Virus record (IMG/VR): IMGVR_UViG_3300044213_000107
Span: 124,001 to 188,000 of that record
Strand: one strand, 5' to 3'
DNA: 64,000 nucleotides
Shown: in pieces, positions 47,646 through 57,568 of the stretch
How the letters are laid out: each line of letters starts with the position of its first letter
Position numbering within the stretch: the first letter of the stretch is position 1
Notes under the pieces: model-generated
Told to the model about the DNA's origin: nothing
Databases searched by the model: none
What the model saw: only the letters and a program-made list of their open reading frames with translations
Position numbers and translations under genes: made by a program

Positions 47646-48374
47646 TCAGGTATTTGATTGAACCTGTGGGGCAACGATTGTTTTATCTTTTCGTTTAGTG
47701 CCCGGTCTTTGGAATTTTTTGGGCTTACTGGTTTTGATTTCATTTTCGAGTCCTTCTCCTGTAAATACAGATAGATTTGGTTTAAGTTTTTCTTTAGGTT
47801 TTTTTGGCTCTGCCGAAGTTATCTTGTTAATAATAACTCCAAGTTTCTTAAGAGTTGCGGTTAATTCCTTTTCTCTTAATTTCTTCTTTTCTTCTTTTAA
47901 TCGTTTTTCTTTTGCTTTTGTTTCTTTTTTTCTTCTTCTTTCTTCTTTTAATTTTCGTTTTTTGTCCATTTGATTAAACTTATAATCAAATTTTAATGCA
48001 TCAGCACAGTATATATTCTGTTCTACAATCGGGCGTAAATCTTCTCTACCACATAGCAATCGTTCTCTGCATAAGTCCACATTGTCCTGCATAAGGTCAA
48101 CACCGTAGATGGTAGATAATGCTTCTTCAAAGGTAGCACCATTCTCCATTTTACGGATTAACACTTCGCCAAGGAACTGTCCATCACCACAACTAGGATC
48201 TAAATATGTTTTTGTAGAATCTGTAAACAATTCAGTAGGTAATTGATCTAATATTTCTTGCACAAGCAGAGTGGGGGTAAAGACTTCTCCTGTTGCCTTT
48301 ACCCTTGTTTGTTCTCGCTCAACACCGCCCATGTAAGTGCGATTGCGGATATAGTCAATTACCTTACTTAACAT
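47646..48374 (-). CDS. N6-adenine DNA methyltransferase SAM-binding half with a Lys-rich tail
   Basis: RVKATGEVFTP (motif X), LDPSCGDGQF (motif I), YGVD, ADAL; no NPPY. Confidence 0.8.
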   Translation of the reverse strand: MLSKVIDYIRNRTYMGGVEREQTRVKATGEVFTPTLLVQEILDQLPTELFTDSTKTYLDPSCGDGQFLGEVLIRKMENGATFEEALSTIYGVDLMQDNVDLCRERLLCGREDLRPIVEQNIYCADALKFDYKFNQMDKKRKLKEERRRKKETKAKEKRLKEEKKKLREKELTATLKKLGVIINKITSAEPKKPKEKLKPNLSVFTGEGLENEIKTSKPKKFQRPGTKRKDKTIVAPQVQSNT

Positions 48375-51300
48375 TTGCTTCAATGTAATCAATTTCTTCT
48401 TGTGTTAGGCCAAAGTGAGTATATAGTTCTGCGTCAGTCCAGATCTTACTAGCGAGTTTAGGCAATGATGACAACACTTTTCCATTAAGGAAACCGCTCC
48501 ATTTACCTGTGTTTACGACAAATTTGTAAAGTTTGCTATTAAGATAACTTAGAATATGTTGCGATTCTGCTGAGTTTGTTAAAATATATTGGCATACTTC
48601 TGAGGTTCCTAGATGGCCTTCACTATAGAAAGGTTTAAAATAACCACTTGTAGTCCAAATAATCTTAGACTTTAAAAAGTCTTTTGATTGTTTTTTACAA
48701 AATTTTGTTTGAGCATTAGTATGGAATGTTTCATACTTGTAAGTCGAGTCTTTAGTGTCAGAAAAATTCTTATGCTTATGGTCGCTATGGCACGATGTAT
48801 CGCAAAGAATATCTAACTTGGAGTGAGCTGAGTTAATTACTTTATCATGTATAGGAAATGTTTTAGAGAAATTTCTCGGAAGATATTGGAGTTTAGCAAG
48901 GTCAACTTCTAGTCCGTCAATTAATGCCGTTGAGGTATTCTTATTTTTTTGCATAACCCATGCTGTAAAACTACTACCAACTGTAAAATATTTTCCAACT
49001 TCAGTATCGACCCAAATCAAAGAGTTATCTTTAAACATTTTAAGGACTTGACTGTTTGGGCTCATCCAACTGTCGGGGGTAACAAATGCAATATACCCAT
49101 TTGTGTTGAGTAGTTCGACCCCTTTGTCAACAAACTTACTCCACAAATTATGACTCTTGGGTTGTTTTGTCCCCTTGTCATTGTTACCTTGATAAGGAGG
49201 ATTACCTACTACTACATCAAATTTCATATCAAACTCCAATTCTGTAAAATCGCCTTTCACTACTGTGATGCTAGGGTATTTGCGTTTAATCTGATTGCAG
49301 AAAAAACTGTATTTGTCATTATACACAATCTTGTCTACAATATCAACGCCAAACATATCCACAAGCACGTCAATCTCCGATCCGTGACCACCGGCCGCTA
49401 CAAGTATCTTTTTGCAATGTTTACTTTTAATAAAACGCTTTAGTTCTTTATTATCAAAAATATCAAACCAAAGTTTAGTATCATCTTTAAGAATGGCCAA
49501 GGCATTATTCTCAATATGCTTCTGTTTATTATTATATTTACTCATCCGCACAATCATATCCAGAGTAGAAATTTCTAGTCTAGGTGACAGTCGTTTGATA
49601 GACGCAGGCTTAATTCCGTAAAGTTCTGCAAACTCTCTGCTCATTTCTGCATCAGCATCAATGATGTCCACACACTCAAGGAAACTCTCACCTTGATAAT
49701 TACTCAAAGCCAAGACAGTTGTGGCACTTCCGTTGATCATACGGATTGCTTTTTCTACGATTGCTTTAAGAGGATTTTTTTTTGGACGGCCCGATGCTGT
49801 ATTGCCCGAATCAAAAGTCTTGCCAGTGGCAACGACTTTGTCAATTTTAGATTTCTCTGCCTTGCTTCCAGATGATCGTTTAGCCAATTCGCTAAGGTCT
49901 TCTATCTCTTCCGAAGTCAAATCTTCAATAGTAAGACGAGTATGTGCATTAGCAATTTCTAACAGTTTATTGTTGTCTTCAAACTGATTAATAACTTCTT
50001 CAGCATCAATCCATTGCCCGGAAATCATGTCCTTGATGTTGACGCTATTCATTACTGTCCGTACAGCATCAGGGTAGGTCATACCCTTTTGCCGAATTAG
50101 CAATGCCGCTTCTACTGCTACGCTCATAACAGTATTACGAGTCTTACTTTGATCAAATGCAAAGTCAAAGATGTGACCAAACTTCTTGCCAAAGCCAGGT
50201 GTAAGGCAACGGCTATATTTTTGCATGTAAGGATAGACATCGCCGCCTTCTTGCATAAACAAACAGGCTTGGATCTCAGGAATACTATAACTACGAGTAC
50301 CCATCATATTAGTAATCACTAACAGTTTATCACGTCCCGGATAGTATCCGTTTTGCAAACGCACCAATTCTTCTTTGGTAAGACCTTCGGCTTCTTTGTT
50401 ATCTGTATAATCGCCGTTAAGAATCAACACCTTGTGTTCTGCACAATGCTTCTCAATGATTTCTGCCAAAGCCTCCATTGCCTTTTTAGAGATGTTAACA
50501 AACAACATAAGATTGTTAATAATCTCACCTGCGGCTTGGCTCAGGTTCATTCCGTAGATAGGCTGATACCCTAACAAGTCTTGGAAAACTGCGGCAATAA
50601 ATTTTTCTTGCGAACGAGCCTTTTCGAGGATTTTATTAATGTTTGGCAACACATCCTTGTCAAAGTCTTCCAATAGTTTGTTCATCTTTGGATTAAACAA
50701 CATATTGTAGAATCGACGCACTACTACATTAGGAATGCTCGGATCTTGTTCTACCATACAGTAAGGAACACTAATAATTTCGTCAATGGCATTCTTACCA
50801 AATGCCTTTGCTAGTCGACCAATATTAGTACCACTAGCATTGATCCGTGTTACAGTCTTGTTTGCTAGAATGTATTCAACTTTTTCGACTTGGCTGTCAG
50901 TATGAGTACCAAAGTCTGTTTCCTCTAGCAAGGCAATATGGGTGCCTTGTAGTTGATTAATCCATTCATATTTTTCTTCTACTTCGGGGTTAAGGCTGAT
51001 AAACACAACGGGCATCTTACCATCTGCGATAGCCTGTTGATACTGTTGTTCTGCGTCCGATTCAGCGGCATCGATAAATGTCACGTCAGCGAAGTCAACG
51101 TATTTAGAAACTTCGTCTTTGTATGATGTTTTAACACTAAGACCGACACCGTAGGCCATGATAAACATAGACTCGTGGCCAAATTCTTCTCGCATGTTTT
51201 TTGCAAGAGACAGGAACAAGATAGTTTTACCAATTCGGGCAGCAAGTTCGCAGACAAAATTAGTTACAACTCCATTTTGTCGAAGAGCAGACAATACCTT

Positions 51301-51786
51301 TTTAATAACAAGAATCTGAATATCTCGTAAATTTACAGCCTGCTTTTCATGATCGGGGTTAAGTTTTGCGGCACACCTGCGGATTTTCTCATTGAGCCAA
51401 ACACGTATGGGTTCAAAATCTTTTGACTTAACAAAATCCTCAATAAAATATTTTTCTACTGCAATCTTAAACAATTCTGAATGGCGATTAGAATCAGGGC
51501 GAGGCAATTGAGCGGCAATAGATTGACGAACTATTTCATGCAAAGCATGATCACGATATCCGGGTTCAGGAATCGTATCTAGCAAATACTTTTGCCAAGA
51601 AACATTTTTAGAACTAGAAAGACTTAATTGTCGTTCGGCAATAGTGCCTTCAACTGTATCACCGATACCAAACTGTAAGAAACCAGTAGACACCATCGCG
51701 TCAATCCAAGTTTCTTCAGTCATTACGTAGATACCTGTAGTGTCAGTTGCAAGACCAAATTCTACAGGACTTTTAACGTAACTCAT
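48364..51786 (-). CDS. SF2-helicase-like plus N6-adenine methyltransferase plus target-recognition fusion (Type IIG/ISP-like)
   Basis: AARIGKT, LLEETD, MQKYSR; VKGDF, DVVVGNPPY; Eco57I-like C-terminus ending FGLTQEEIDYI; start reset to MSYVK. Confidence 0.8.
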   Translation of the reverse strand: MSYVKSPVEFGLATDTTGIYVMTEETWIDAMVSTGFLQFGIGDTVEGTIAERQLSLSSSKNVSWQKYLLDTIPEPGYRDHALHEIVRQSIAAQLPRPDSNRHSELFKIAVEKYFIEDFVKSKDFEPIRVWLNEKIRRCAAKLNPDHEKQAVNLRDIQILVIKKVLSALRQNGVVTNFVCELAARIGKTILFLSLAKNMREEFGHESMFIMAYGVGLSVKTSYKDEVSKYVDFADVTFIDAAESDAEQQYQQAIADGKMPVVFISLNPEVEEKYEWINQLQGTHIALLEETDFGTHTDSQVEKVEYILANKTVTRINASGTNIGRLAKAFGKNAIDEIISVPYCMVEQDPSIPNVVVRRFYNMLFNPKMNKLLEDFDKDVLPNINKILEKARSQEKFIAAVFQDLLGYQPIYGMNLSQAAGEIINNLMLFVNISKKAMEALAEIIEKHCAEHKVLILNGDYTDNKEAEGLTKEELVRLQNGYYPGRDKLLVITNMMGTRSYSIPEIQACLFMQEGGDVYPYMQKYSRCLTPGFGKKFGHIFDFAFDQSKTRNTVMSVAVEAALLIRQKGMTYPDAVRTVMNSVNIKDMISGQWIDAEEVINQFEDNNKLLEIANAHTRLTIEDLTSEEIEDLSELAKRSSGSKAEKSKIDKVVATGKTFDSGNTASGRPKKNPLKAIVEKAIRMINGSATTVLALSNYQGESFLECVDIIDADAEMSREFAELYGIKPASIKRLSPRLEISTLDMIVRMSKYNNKQKHIENNALAILKDDTKLWFDIFDNKELKRFIKSKHCKKILVAAGGHGSEIDVLVDMFGVDIVDKIVYNDKYSFFCNQIKRKYPSITVVKGDFTELEFDMKFDVVVGNPPYQGNNDKGTKQPKSHNLWSKFVDKGVELLNTNGYIAFVTPDSWMSPNSQVLKMFKDNSLIWVDTEVGKYFTVGSSFTAWVMQKNKNTSTALIDGLEVDLAKLQYLPRNFSKTFPIHDKVINSAHSKLDILCDTSCHSDHKHKNFSDTKDSTYKYETFHTNAQTKFCKKQSKDFLKSKIIWTTSGYFKPFYSEGHLGTSEVCQYILTNSAESQHILSYLNSKLYKFVVNTGKWSGFLNGKVLSSLPKLASKIWTDAELYTHFGLTQEEIDYIEANVK

Positions 51787-51958
51787 CTTCATCTCCAAAA
51801 TCTGCAGAATCAATTTGATCTTGCCAGTATACACGAGCCTCGGCTTCATTGTCAAAGGTTTCCAACACCTTCATTCCACCAAGAGGATGCGGAAACCACA
51901 CCAAGAATTTTCCGCTGTCCTCATCTTGTGTACAGTACAATTCTACCGGTTCGTTCAT
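51773..51958 (-). CDS. Small acidic early protein
   Basis: 61 aa directly downstream of a consensus promoter. Confidence 0.65.
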   Translation of the reverse strand: MNEPVELYCTQDEDSGKFLVWFPHPLGGMKVLETFDNEAEARVYWQDQIDSADFGDEDELR

Positions 51959-52050
51959 ACAACCACCGCTTTCGTTAATATGTGTATATTATAACACCAA
52001 AAGAAAACCCTGTCAAACACAGGGTTTTTGGGTGTTGTACAAAAACAACA
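51959..52050 (-). promoter_or_regulatory. Early regulatory cassette, copy C
   Basis: TGTTG-N8-CAACA 52033-52050; hairpin; perfect TTGACA-17-TATAAT. Confidence 0.9.
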
Positions 52051-52821
52051 CTAGAAATACTGGCAATTTGTGCGTGGAAAAAAGCACTCATTTTGGCGCA
52101 AAGGCTTTCCCTTCCAAGTTTCGCAAATTGCGGCTTTTCCAAGTCCCATGGCCAAACTATAAACAAAATTTTGATTTGCCATTACCAAATTTGCACCTGC
52201 AACAATGCCAGCAAGTTCTAAAAAGTCTGCTACCGGGCGATACTCAATCGCCACACCCACGGTCTGGACAAACTCTGCATGCTCGGCCGGGCTGCCTACA
52301 AATATGCCGTTGGCGCCAAGATCACCATCGGCCACAATTTCACGCCATAGAGCATCACCGTTTGGATCTCGATAACGTGCAGTTCTTGAGACCACAATTG
52401 GTTGAGTTTCAATTGGGTCTGCTTCCAACCAAGGTGTATCATAGTCCTGCATGGCAAATGGCAAACCAAAAGTACGGTGATATGCCTCCACATAGTTGCC
52501 TTCAAAGCCTCGCCACAGCACACCTCTAAAACGATCCAGATCCACATCGGGTTCTGACATGCCGGTTCTCCAATCGCCAAAGCTCTGAATATATGATTGT
52601 CGCCGCAACAAAGGTACTAACTGATAGTAATCTTGTTCTGTGAGACGTCCTCGATGTGCTGGATCAACTTCGTCGGGACGATATCCATACTGGCTTACAC
52701 AATTTTCAATGTTGTTTAATGCCACTAGAAACATGGCATTGTTTTCTGCTGCCATTTTTTTTACTACAGAGAGAGAATAAATCAAGTCTCCCAAGGTTCC
52801 TGAGTGCCGATAAGTTGTCAT
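52051..52821 (-). CDS. GT9 (heptosyltransferase)-like glycosyltransferase
   Basis: HSGTLGDLIYSL, DFLELAGIVAGANLVMANQ..YSLA.GLGK; start reset (ATGA overlap). Confidence 0.6.
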   Translation of the reverse strand: MTTYRHSGTLGDLIYSLSVVKKMAAENNAMFLVALNNIENCVSQYGYRPDEVDPAHRGRLTEQDYYQLVPLLRRQSYIQSFGDWRTGMSEPDVDLDRFRGVLWRGFEGNYVEAYHRTFGLPFAMQDYDTPWLEADPIETQPIVVSRTARYRDPNGDALWREIVADGDLGANGIFVGSPAEHAEFVQTVGVAIEYRPVADFLELAGIVAGANLVMANQNFVYSLAMGLGKAAICETWKGKPLRQNECFFPRTNCQYF

Positions 52822-53372
52822 GGTTTTGTATACTTCCAAAGTCCAAGATGTGGGTTGATGTCTGCATCAGGCAACAGTTCTGCAACTGCTTGTTTCACTC
52901 CAGGCCATGCCCAATCATCACCGGCCAACATACTGCCAGGTTTGACTTTCTGGAGCCACTTTGTGATGTCGTTGACAACATCTTCATACTCGTGACTGCC
53001 GTCAATCAATACAAAGTCTAAACTATTGTCGGCGTATTGTTCGACTGCTGCCATGCTAGATAAACGAACAGGATGCAGAATATGGCTTAGGCTTCGTGTG
53101 TTAGTTAAAAACTCATCATAAAGCGTATCATTGACCACTGCAGGATCTTGTTGATGAACATCTTCTGCCAAGCTGCCTTTCCATGTATCTACACAATCAA
53201 CACGAATGTTTTTTCCACTATTAGCAATTACTACTCCAAGATAACAACTGCTTCGTCCGCGCCAGGATCCTATTTCAACAAAGTGTGCTGTGTCTGGCGC
53301 TAGTTGTACCGCAGCGTCGTATATAGATTCGTAGTTAAACCAGCCTTGTATGTTTTGATAAAAATGTTCCAT
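52818..53372 (-). CDS. Class I SAM methyltransferase (Methyltransf_24-like)
   Basis: VEIGSWRGRS, FVLIDGSH.Y..V..DI..W..KVKPG..LAGDD. Confidence 0.88.
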   Translation of the reverse strand: MEHFYQNIQGWFNYESIYDAAVQLAPDTAHFVEIGSWRGRSSCYLGVVIANSGKNIRVDCVDTWKGSLAEDVHQQDPAVVNDTLYDEFLTNTRSLSHILHPVRLSSMAAVEQYADNSLDFVLIDGSHEYEDVVNDITKWLQKVKPGSMLAGDDWAWPGVKQAVAELLPDADINPHLGLWKYTKP

Positions 53373-54247
53373 TATAGTACCTTTAAAATTTCTTCGGTTA
53401 TTTTTGCAGTATCAAAGTTATTATTGCAAGGTGTGTTGCCTTTACTGCATACTAAATGACTCACTGGACGCTGTTGATGATCATTACAACCACGACAATC
53501 TTCTAGCGTTTGTACGGCAACACCACGGGATCCTGGAGGTAGTATTACTTCGGGGCGCAGATGTGTAAGTAGTGCAATAATCTGTGTACCACTGGCAGCT
53601 GCACACCAGTATGGTCCCGAGTCTATACCCGCAAAGGCTCGGGCACCGTTGCATAGCCACATTAGTTCTTGATTGTTAAATCGTGCACGTGCATCAACAA
53701 ATAAAGGATGATCAACAAAATTATCAGTCTGACCGCCAACACACACAACCTTAAAGTCAGCACGTTCTTCAAACAGTTTTGTAAATACATCTAACCAAAC
53801 CGCCATTGTAATGTTTTTAGCAGTCCAGTGCCAGTTACGCATGTGCACAACAATATATCTATCAAGTTCATTTTCATAACAAAAATTCAATACACGTGTT
53901 TTATCTTCGTCGCCGGGAAACAACTCAATCTGTGGAATTAAAGTGTTTGCGCCAAACGCACGGAACATATAGCTCGAAAGATAATTTTCAGTTGGATTTA
54001 ACTCATAGGCATTATCTAAATTTATAAACAAGTCCCAGCGATCAACGTCAGGCACCTGGTTAACAGGGAAAATATTTCTAATATGTGGGTTGTTGCGATA
54101 TACTTCAGCAAAGTCTGTAGCAATATCAATATTTGCGTTAGATCCATATCTGGTTTTTAATTCACGTACAACCGCCGTGCTCATAATAACATCACCGATA
54201 GCGGCACGTCGTTGTACTAATATATTAATAGGTTGTTCTAATTTCAT
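53372..54247 (-). CDS. Glycosyltransferase family 9-like
   Basis: RRAAIGDVIMST, FAGIDSGP..CAAA. Confidence 0.85.
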   Translation of the reverse strand: MKLEQPINILVQRRAAIGDVIMSTAVVRELKTRYGSNANIDIATDFAEVYRNNPHIRNIFPVNQVPDVDRWDLFINLDNAYELNPTENYLSSYMFRAFGANTLIPQIELFPGDEDKTRVLNFCYENELDRYIVVHMRNWHWTAKNITMAVWLDVFTKLFEERADFKVVCVGGQTDNFVDHPLFVDARARFNNQELMWLCNGARAFAGIDSGPYWCAAASGTQIIALLTHLRPEVILPPGSRGVAVQTLEDCRGCNDHQQRPVSHLVCSKGNTPCNNNFDTAKITEEILKVL

Positions 54248-55296
54248 CTGTCAAGTGCTTGTGCAATTAAATTGGTAAATTCGTGATCGGGTCTTTGCCG
54301 TAATAATAAATTCTTGTTATGTTGCAGAATAGGCATTGATTGTTGATACGCAGACTTTATAACAGATTTTGGTTGTTGTAAAAACGCTAACATACTTTGT
54401 GTAAATCTAAATAATCGTTCAGCATTGTCTTCAATGTCATCATAACTTTCGTCAATTATACTACTAAATGTAATATAACCCAAACTTCTTAGATACCGTA
54501 ATGAATAAGCAGGGCCCAGATACATAAACAATTGGTAATAGTGAATGGCATTAAAAACTTTTTCACTTAAAAATACACCAGTGTCGTAGAATGTATCTGT
54601 AATTATGCCTAGATAACTGTCAAGATAAAACTTTCTAGGAGTTTGGTAAAACTCAATGGTATCATCTAATGGTGGTAATGGCACACGATTTTGTATGGTG
54701 TTGCAGGTTTCAATGATATGGCTGTGTGCAGACTCGGGAAAACGAGCAATTAAAAAATCACTGGGTATACGACTGACCACGCATTTGTAATTTACTAGAT
54801 TGTCTTTTATCAAATCATTTTTTATAAGATTGGCTAAAATATATCTGCGTGGATAAAGATCTTTGCTGCTGGCCCAATAAAACTTGTGCGGTCTTTCTAC
54901 AGGAAAGTCTTGCCAATTGGTATATGATGATTGATTAACATACTCTTGCCAGTGTAGTGTACTAACATAATCAAATATCAACATTCTGTAGTAAGGAAAT
55001 TTTGGTTTGACGGTTATGCGAAAATCATCACCAGTTAATCTTCCGTTGAATACGATTATGGGATTTGGTCTTGCAGAATAAAAATCATTTATTGGCTTAA
55101 ACCAATGATCGTATTCTTCTAGATTTTGAAACAGGCCCATGAACACAATCAGTGTGTGATCGTTGGCAATTGACGCTTCAACTTCGGGCATAAAATCCCA
55201 CATGTATTCGGTGTGTTGTGTAAAGAATTTATGTACAACAAAATTATCTGTGGGTATTTCTAATCTAAGTTCATACTCACCAGTATTGTAAATCAT
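54244..55296 (-). CDS. Putative glycosyltransferase (GT10-like SEK motif)
   Basis: IITDT..FLSEKV..AI...LRSLGY.TF..IDESYD. Confidence 0.5.
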   Translation of the reverse strand: MIYNTGEYELRLEIPTDNFVVHKFFTQHTEYMWDFMPEVEASIANDHTLIVFMGLFQNLEEYDHWFKPINDFYSARPNPIIVFNGRLTGDDFRITVKPKFPYYRMLIFDYVSTLHWQEYVNQSSYTNWQDFPVERPHKFYWASSKDLYPRRYILANLIKNDLIKDNLVNYKCVVSRIPSDFLIARFPESAHSHIIETCNTIQNRVPLPPLDDTIEFYQTPRKFYLDSYLGIITDTFYDTGVFLSEKVFNAIHYYQLFMYLGPAYSLRYLRSLGYITFSSIIDESYDDIEDNAERLFRFTQSMLAFLQQPKSVIKSAYQQSMPILQHNKNLLLRQRPDHEFTNLIAQALDR

Positions 55297-55652
55297 TGGC
55301 TTGCGTGGTCCTGTTTTATTTCACGCACAGGGTCATTGAGTATTTCAGCGATGGCATTTTTATATCTAACACGATAATTATTAATATCTCTTATTTCTAG
55401 CGCACGGCGTCCTATCTCAGCAAGATCAACTCCGTCTAAACGACATTTTTTAAAATCGTCTTCGAGATTCCAAATACTAAAATGAATACGTTCTAGTTCA
55501 TATAAATTATCTTGTATTAGCTCTATTGGCAATTTATCGATTTCAGTTTGATAAAAATCCAATTCTGCTTGATTTGCTCCATTGGTTTTTGTGTGCTTTA
55601 CACGAGCAATGGTATACCTATCAACTAATTCAATTACCGGGAACTTGAACAT
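55293..55652 (-). CDS. Helical hypothetical protein typical of glycan loci (DUF6165-like, from memory)
   Basis: ELVDRYTI...IWNLED...A..I...N..R...KN pattern. Confidence 0.55.
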   Translation of the reverse strand: MFKFPVIELVDRYTIARVKHTKTNGANQAELDFYQTEIDKLPIELIQDNLYELERIHFSIWNLEDDFKKCRLDGVDLAEIGRRALEIRDINNYRVRYKNAIAEILNDPVREIKQDHASQ

Positions 55653-56856
55653 CTATAGTGGCCTTTGGAAAATATTTTACAAATACATCATTTGCATTGT
55701 TTCTACGTTCTAGAATCCTGCGTTTAATTTCTGTATAAAAATTCCAAGCAAGTGGCACAAATGCTATTCGATCATTATTTGTAAAACTATCTAGGTATTC
55801 TGATCCCACAATAAGACATTTTTGTCCCGGAGTATAGTGTCCTTGTTTAAGTGGATTATCGTCGACAACACAGTCTAATGGAAATTTAATATAGTTCAAT
55901 ACAGTATTGCCTTTGGCAGCTGCGCCATAACCAACTAGATGATAGCCCTGCGACTTTAAATCTTGTAAAGTGTTTGTTAATACCGTCATGTTTTCTTTGA
56001 CTTCTTGGGCCCATTGATGATAGTAGTCTGCAGATAACAACCCTAGTTCACATTCGCGAGCAATTAAGTTTTCGATGCGAGCAGGATTTCCACGTTCGTG
56101 GCTTATAACAAATATATAACTTGTTCCATGTATTGGTGTTTTTTGCACATCAACTAGGTGCATACCTGCTCTTTTACAAAGCTCATGCATGCTGTTGATA
56201 TTGTAAAAATTTACATGCTCATGGTATATTGTATCAAATTCACCGTTTGGTACCATATCTGCTTGGCTTGTCTGTACAAAAAACAAGCCGCCGGGTGCTA
56301 GTAAAGGTCGAAGTGCTTGCAAATACTCCAACGGAGCAGGATTATGTGCAAAACTGTTTTGTGCGACAATTATGTCAAACTTTTGATCAATTGTTTTTGC
56401 TAGATCTGGGCCAAAAAAATCACACCAGACCTGATGGTTTGCACTACTCGACGGGTAAAGATTTTCAGCAGGGTCTATGCCATATGTGTTTAAGCCTAAT
56501 TTTTTAAAAGCATTTAACTGGCTACCATCGTTGCAGCCAATATCAAGCACATTACCGGGCCAATGGTGAATGTATTCACGAGCAAATCTAGCAAACCATT
56601 CCATGTAGTCAAGATATGTTTTGGTTGTACCACTAACATACAGATAATTTTTGTAGATAATCTCGGGATCAACTACATGTGTTAGTTGTAGATGAAAGCA
56701 ATGACTGCACCTATTAACTGCCAGTGGATAAGAGCTTTCAGTGTCATCTTTGTTGACGTAATTATTTGCTAATGGTTGGTCTGTTAGATCTAATGTTAAT
56801 TCTAAATCTTCTGAGCCACAAGCAAGACATTCATTTAATTCCGTTAATGTGTTCAT
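55630..56856 (-). CDS. NDP-hexose C-methyltransferase family protein
   Basis: Zn-binding CLACG..C..C, LDIGCNDG, YHEHVNFY, GYGAAAKG; start reset to MNTLT. Confidence 0.88.
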   Translation of the reverse strand: MNTLTELNECLACGSEDLELTLDLTDQPLANNYVNKDDTESSYPLAVNRCSHCFHLQLTHVVDPEIIYKNYLYVSGTTKTYLDYMEWFARFAREYIHHWPGNVLDIGCNDGSQLNAFKKLGLNTYGIDPAENLYPSSSANHQVWCDFFGPDLAKTIDQKFDIIVAQNSFAHNPAPLEYLQALRPLLAPGGLFFVQTSQADMVPNGEFDTIYHEHVNFYNINSMHELCKRAGMHLVDVQKTPIHGTSYIFVISHERGNPARIENLIARECELGLLSADYYHQWAQEVKENMTVLTNTLQDLKSQGYHLVGYGAAAKGNTVLNYIKFPLDCVVDDNPLKQGHYTPGQKCLIVGSEYLDSFTNNDRIAFVPLAWNFYTEIKRRILERRNNANDVFVKYFPKATIDVQVPGN

Positions 56857-56857
56857 A

Positions 56858-57568
56858 TTAGTTTTTAATAGCAGCTCCGTTGGGAGCAATGGCACCTTCT
56901 ACGCCAAGTAAAGGTACTTCTTGTACATGTTCGGCGTTTAAAAAACGATATAGTACATGTTCAATGTCAGTGTATCCACCTTGCGCAACACGTTCGGCAA
57001 AAAAGTTTAAACTATCATCATATACTTGAATGATTTCTTCTGTTAGTGCAGTGGGCCATGACCAAAGTCTAGCCATATACTGTGCTGCAGTTTGTGTTAC
57101 TTCAAAAGGAAACTGGCTTTTATATTTTGGCCCAATAACTATTTTTGAGTTATCGTCATACAAGGACAAATTAAAATCACTGTTTAACAAGTATCTACCA
57201 GACATTTTGTGTATGCGGTCAACATCTGCAAAATCGCCGTCATCTTGACATTGCCTAATGGTCCTACCAAAACACATAATCTCAGTGGAGTTTTTTACTA
57301 CATCCCAGTTGTCTGTTCCGTTATAGATTGATTGCACTGCAGCATCTGTAGTATAGTCAATGAACACATCACTGTTATCTTCTAATATTTGGCTTTGTTC
57401 GTCGGTTAACGGTACTCCAGTGCATTCCATAATCACTATCTTGCTACCAGGAGCATGTTGATGTATGCTCTGAATAGTTGCCAGTGTTTGTACCAAACGT
57501 TCTTCGGGCGTGTATACCCCAAATCTGCTGTTAATAGCAGAAGTTACAATAAAACAATGTCGTGTCAT
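56858..57568 (-). CDS. Putative glycan-related protein (GT-like)
   Basis: FIVTSAI..., HKMSGRY; located in the cluster. Confidence 0.55.
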   Translation of the reverse strand: MTRHCFIVTSAINSRFGVYTPEERLVQTLATIQSIHQHAPGSKIVIMECTGVPLTDEQSQILEDNSDVFIDYTTDAAVQSIYNGTDNWDVVKNSTEIMCFGRTIRQCQDDGDFADVDRIHKMSGRYLLNSDFNLSLYDDNSKIVIGPKYKSQFPFEVTQTAAQYMARLWSWPTALTEEIIQVYDDSLNFFAERVAQGGYTDIEHVLYRFLNAEHVQEVPLLGVEGAIAPNGAAIKN

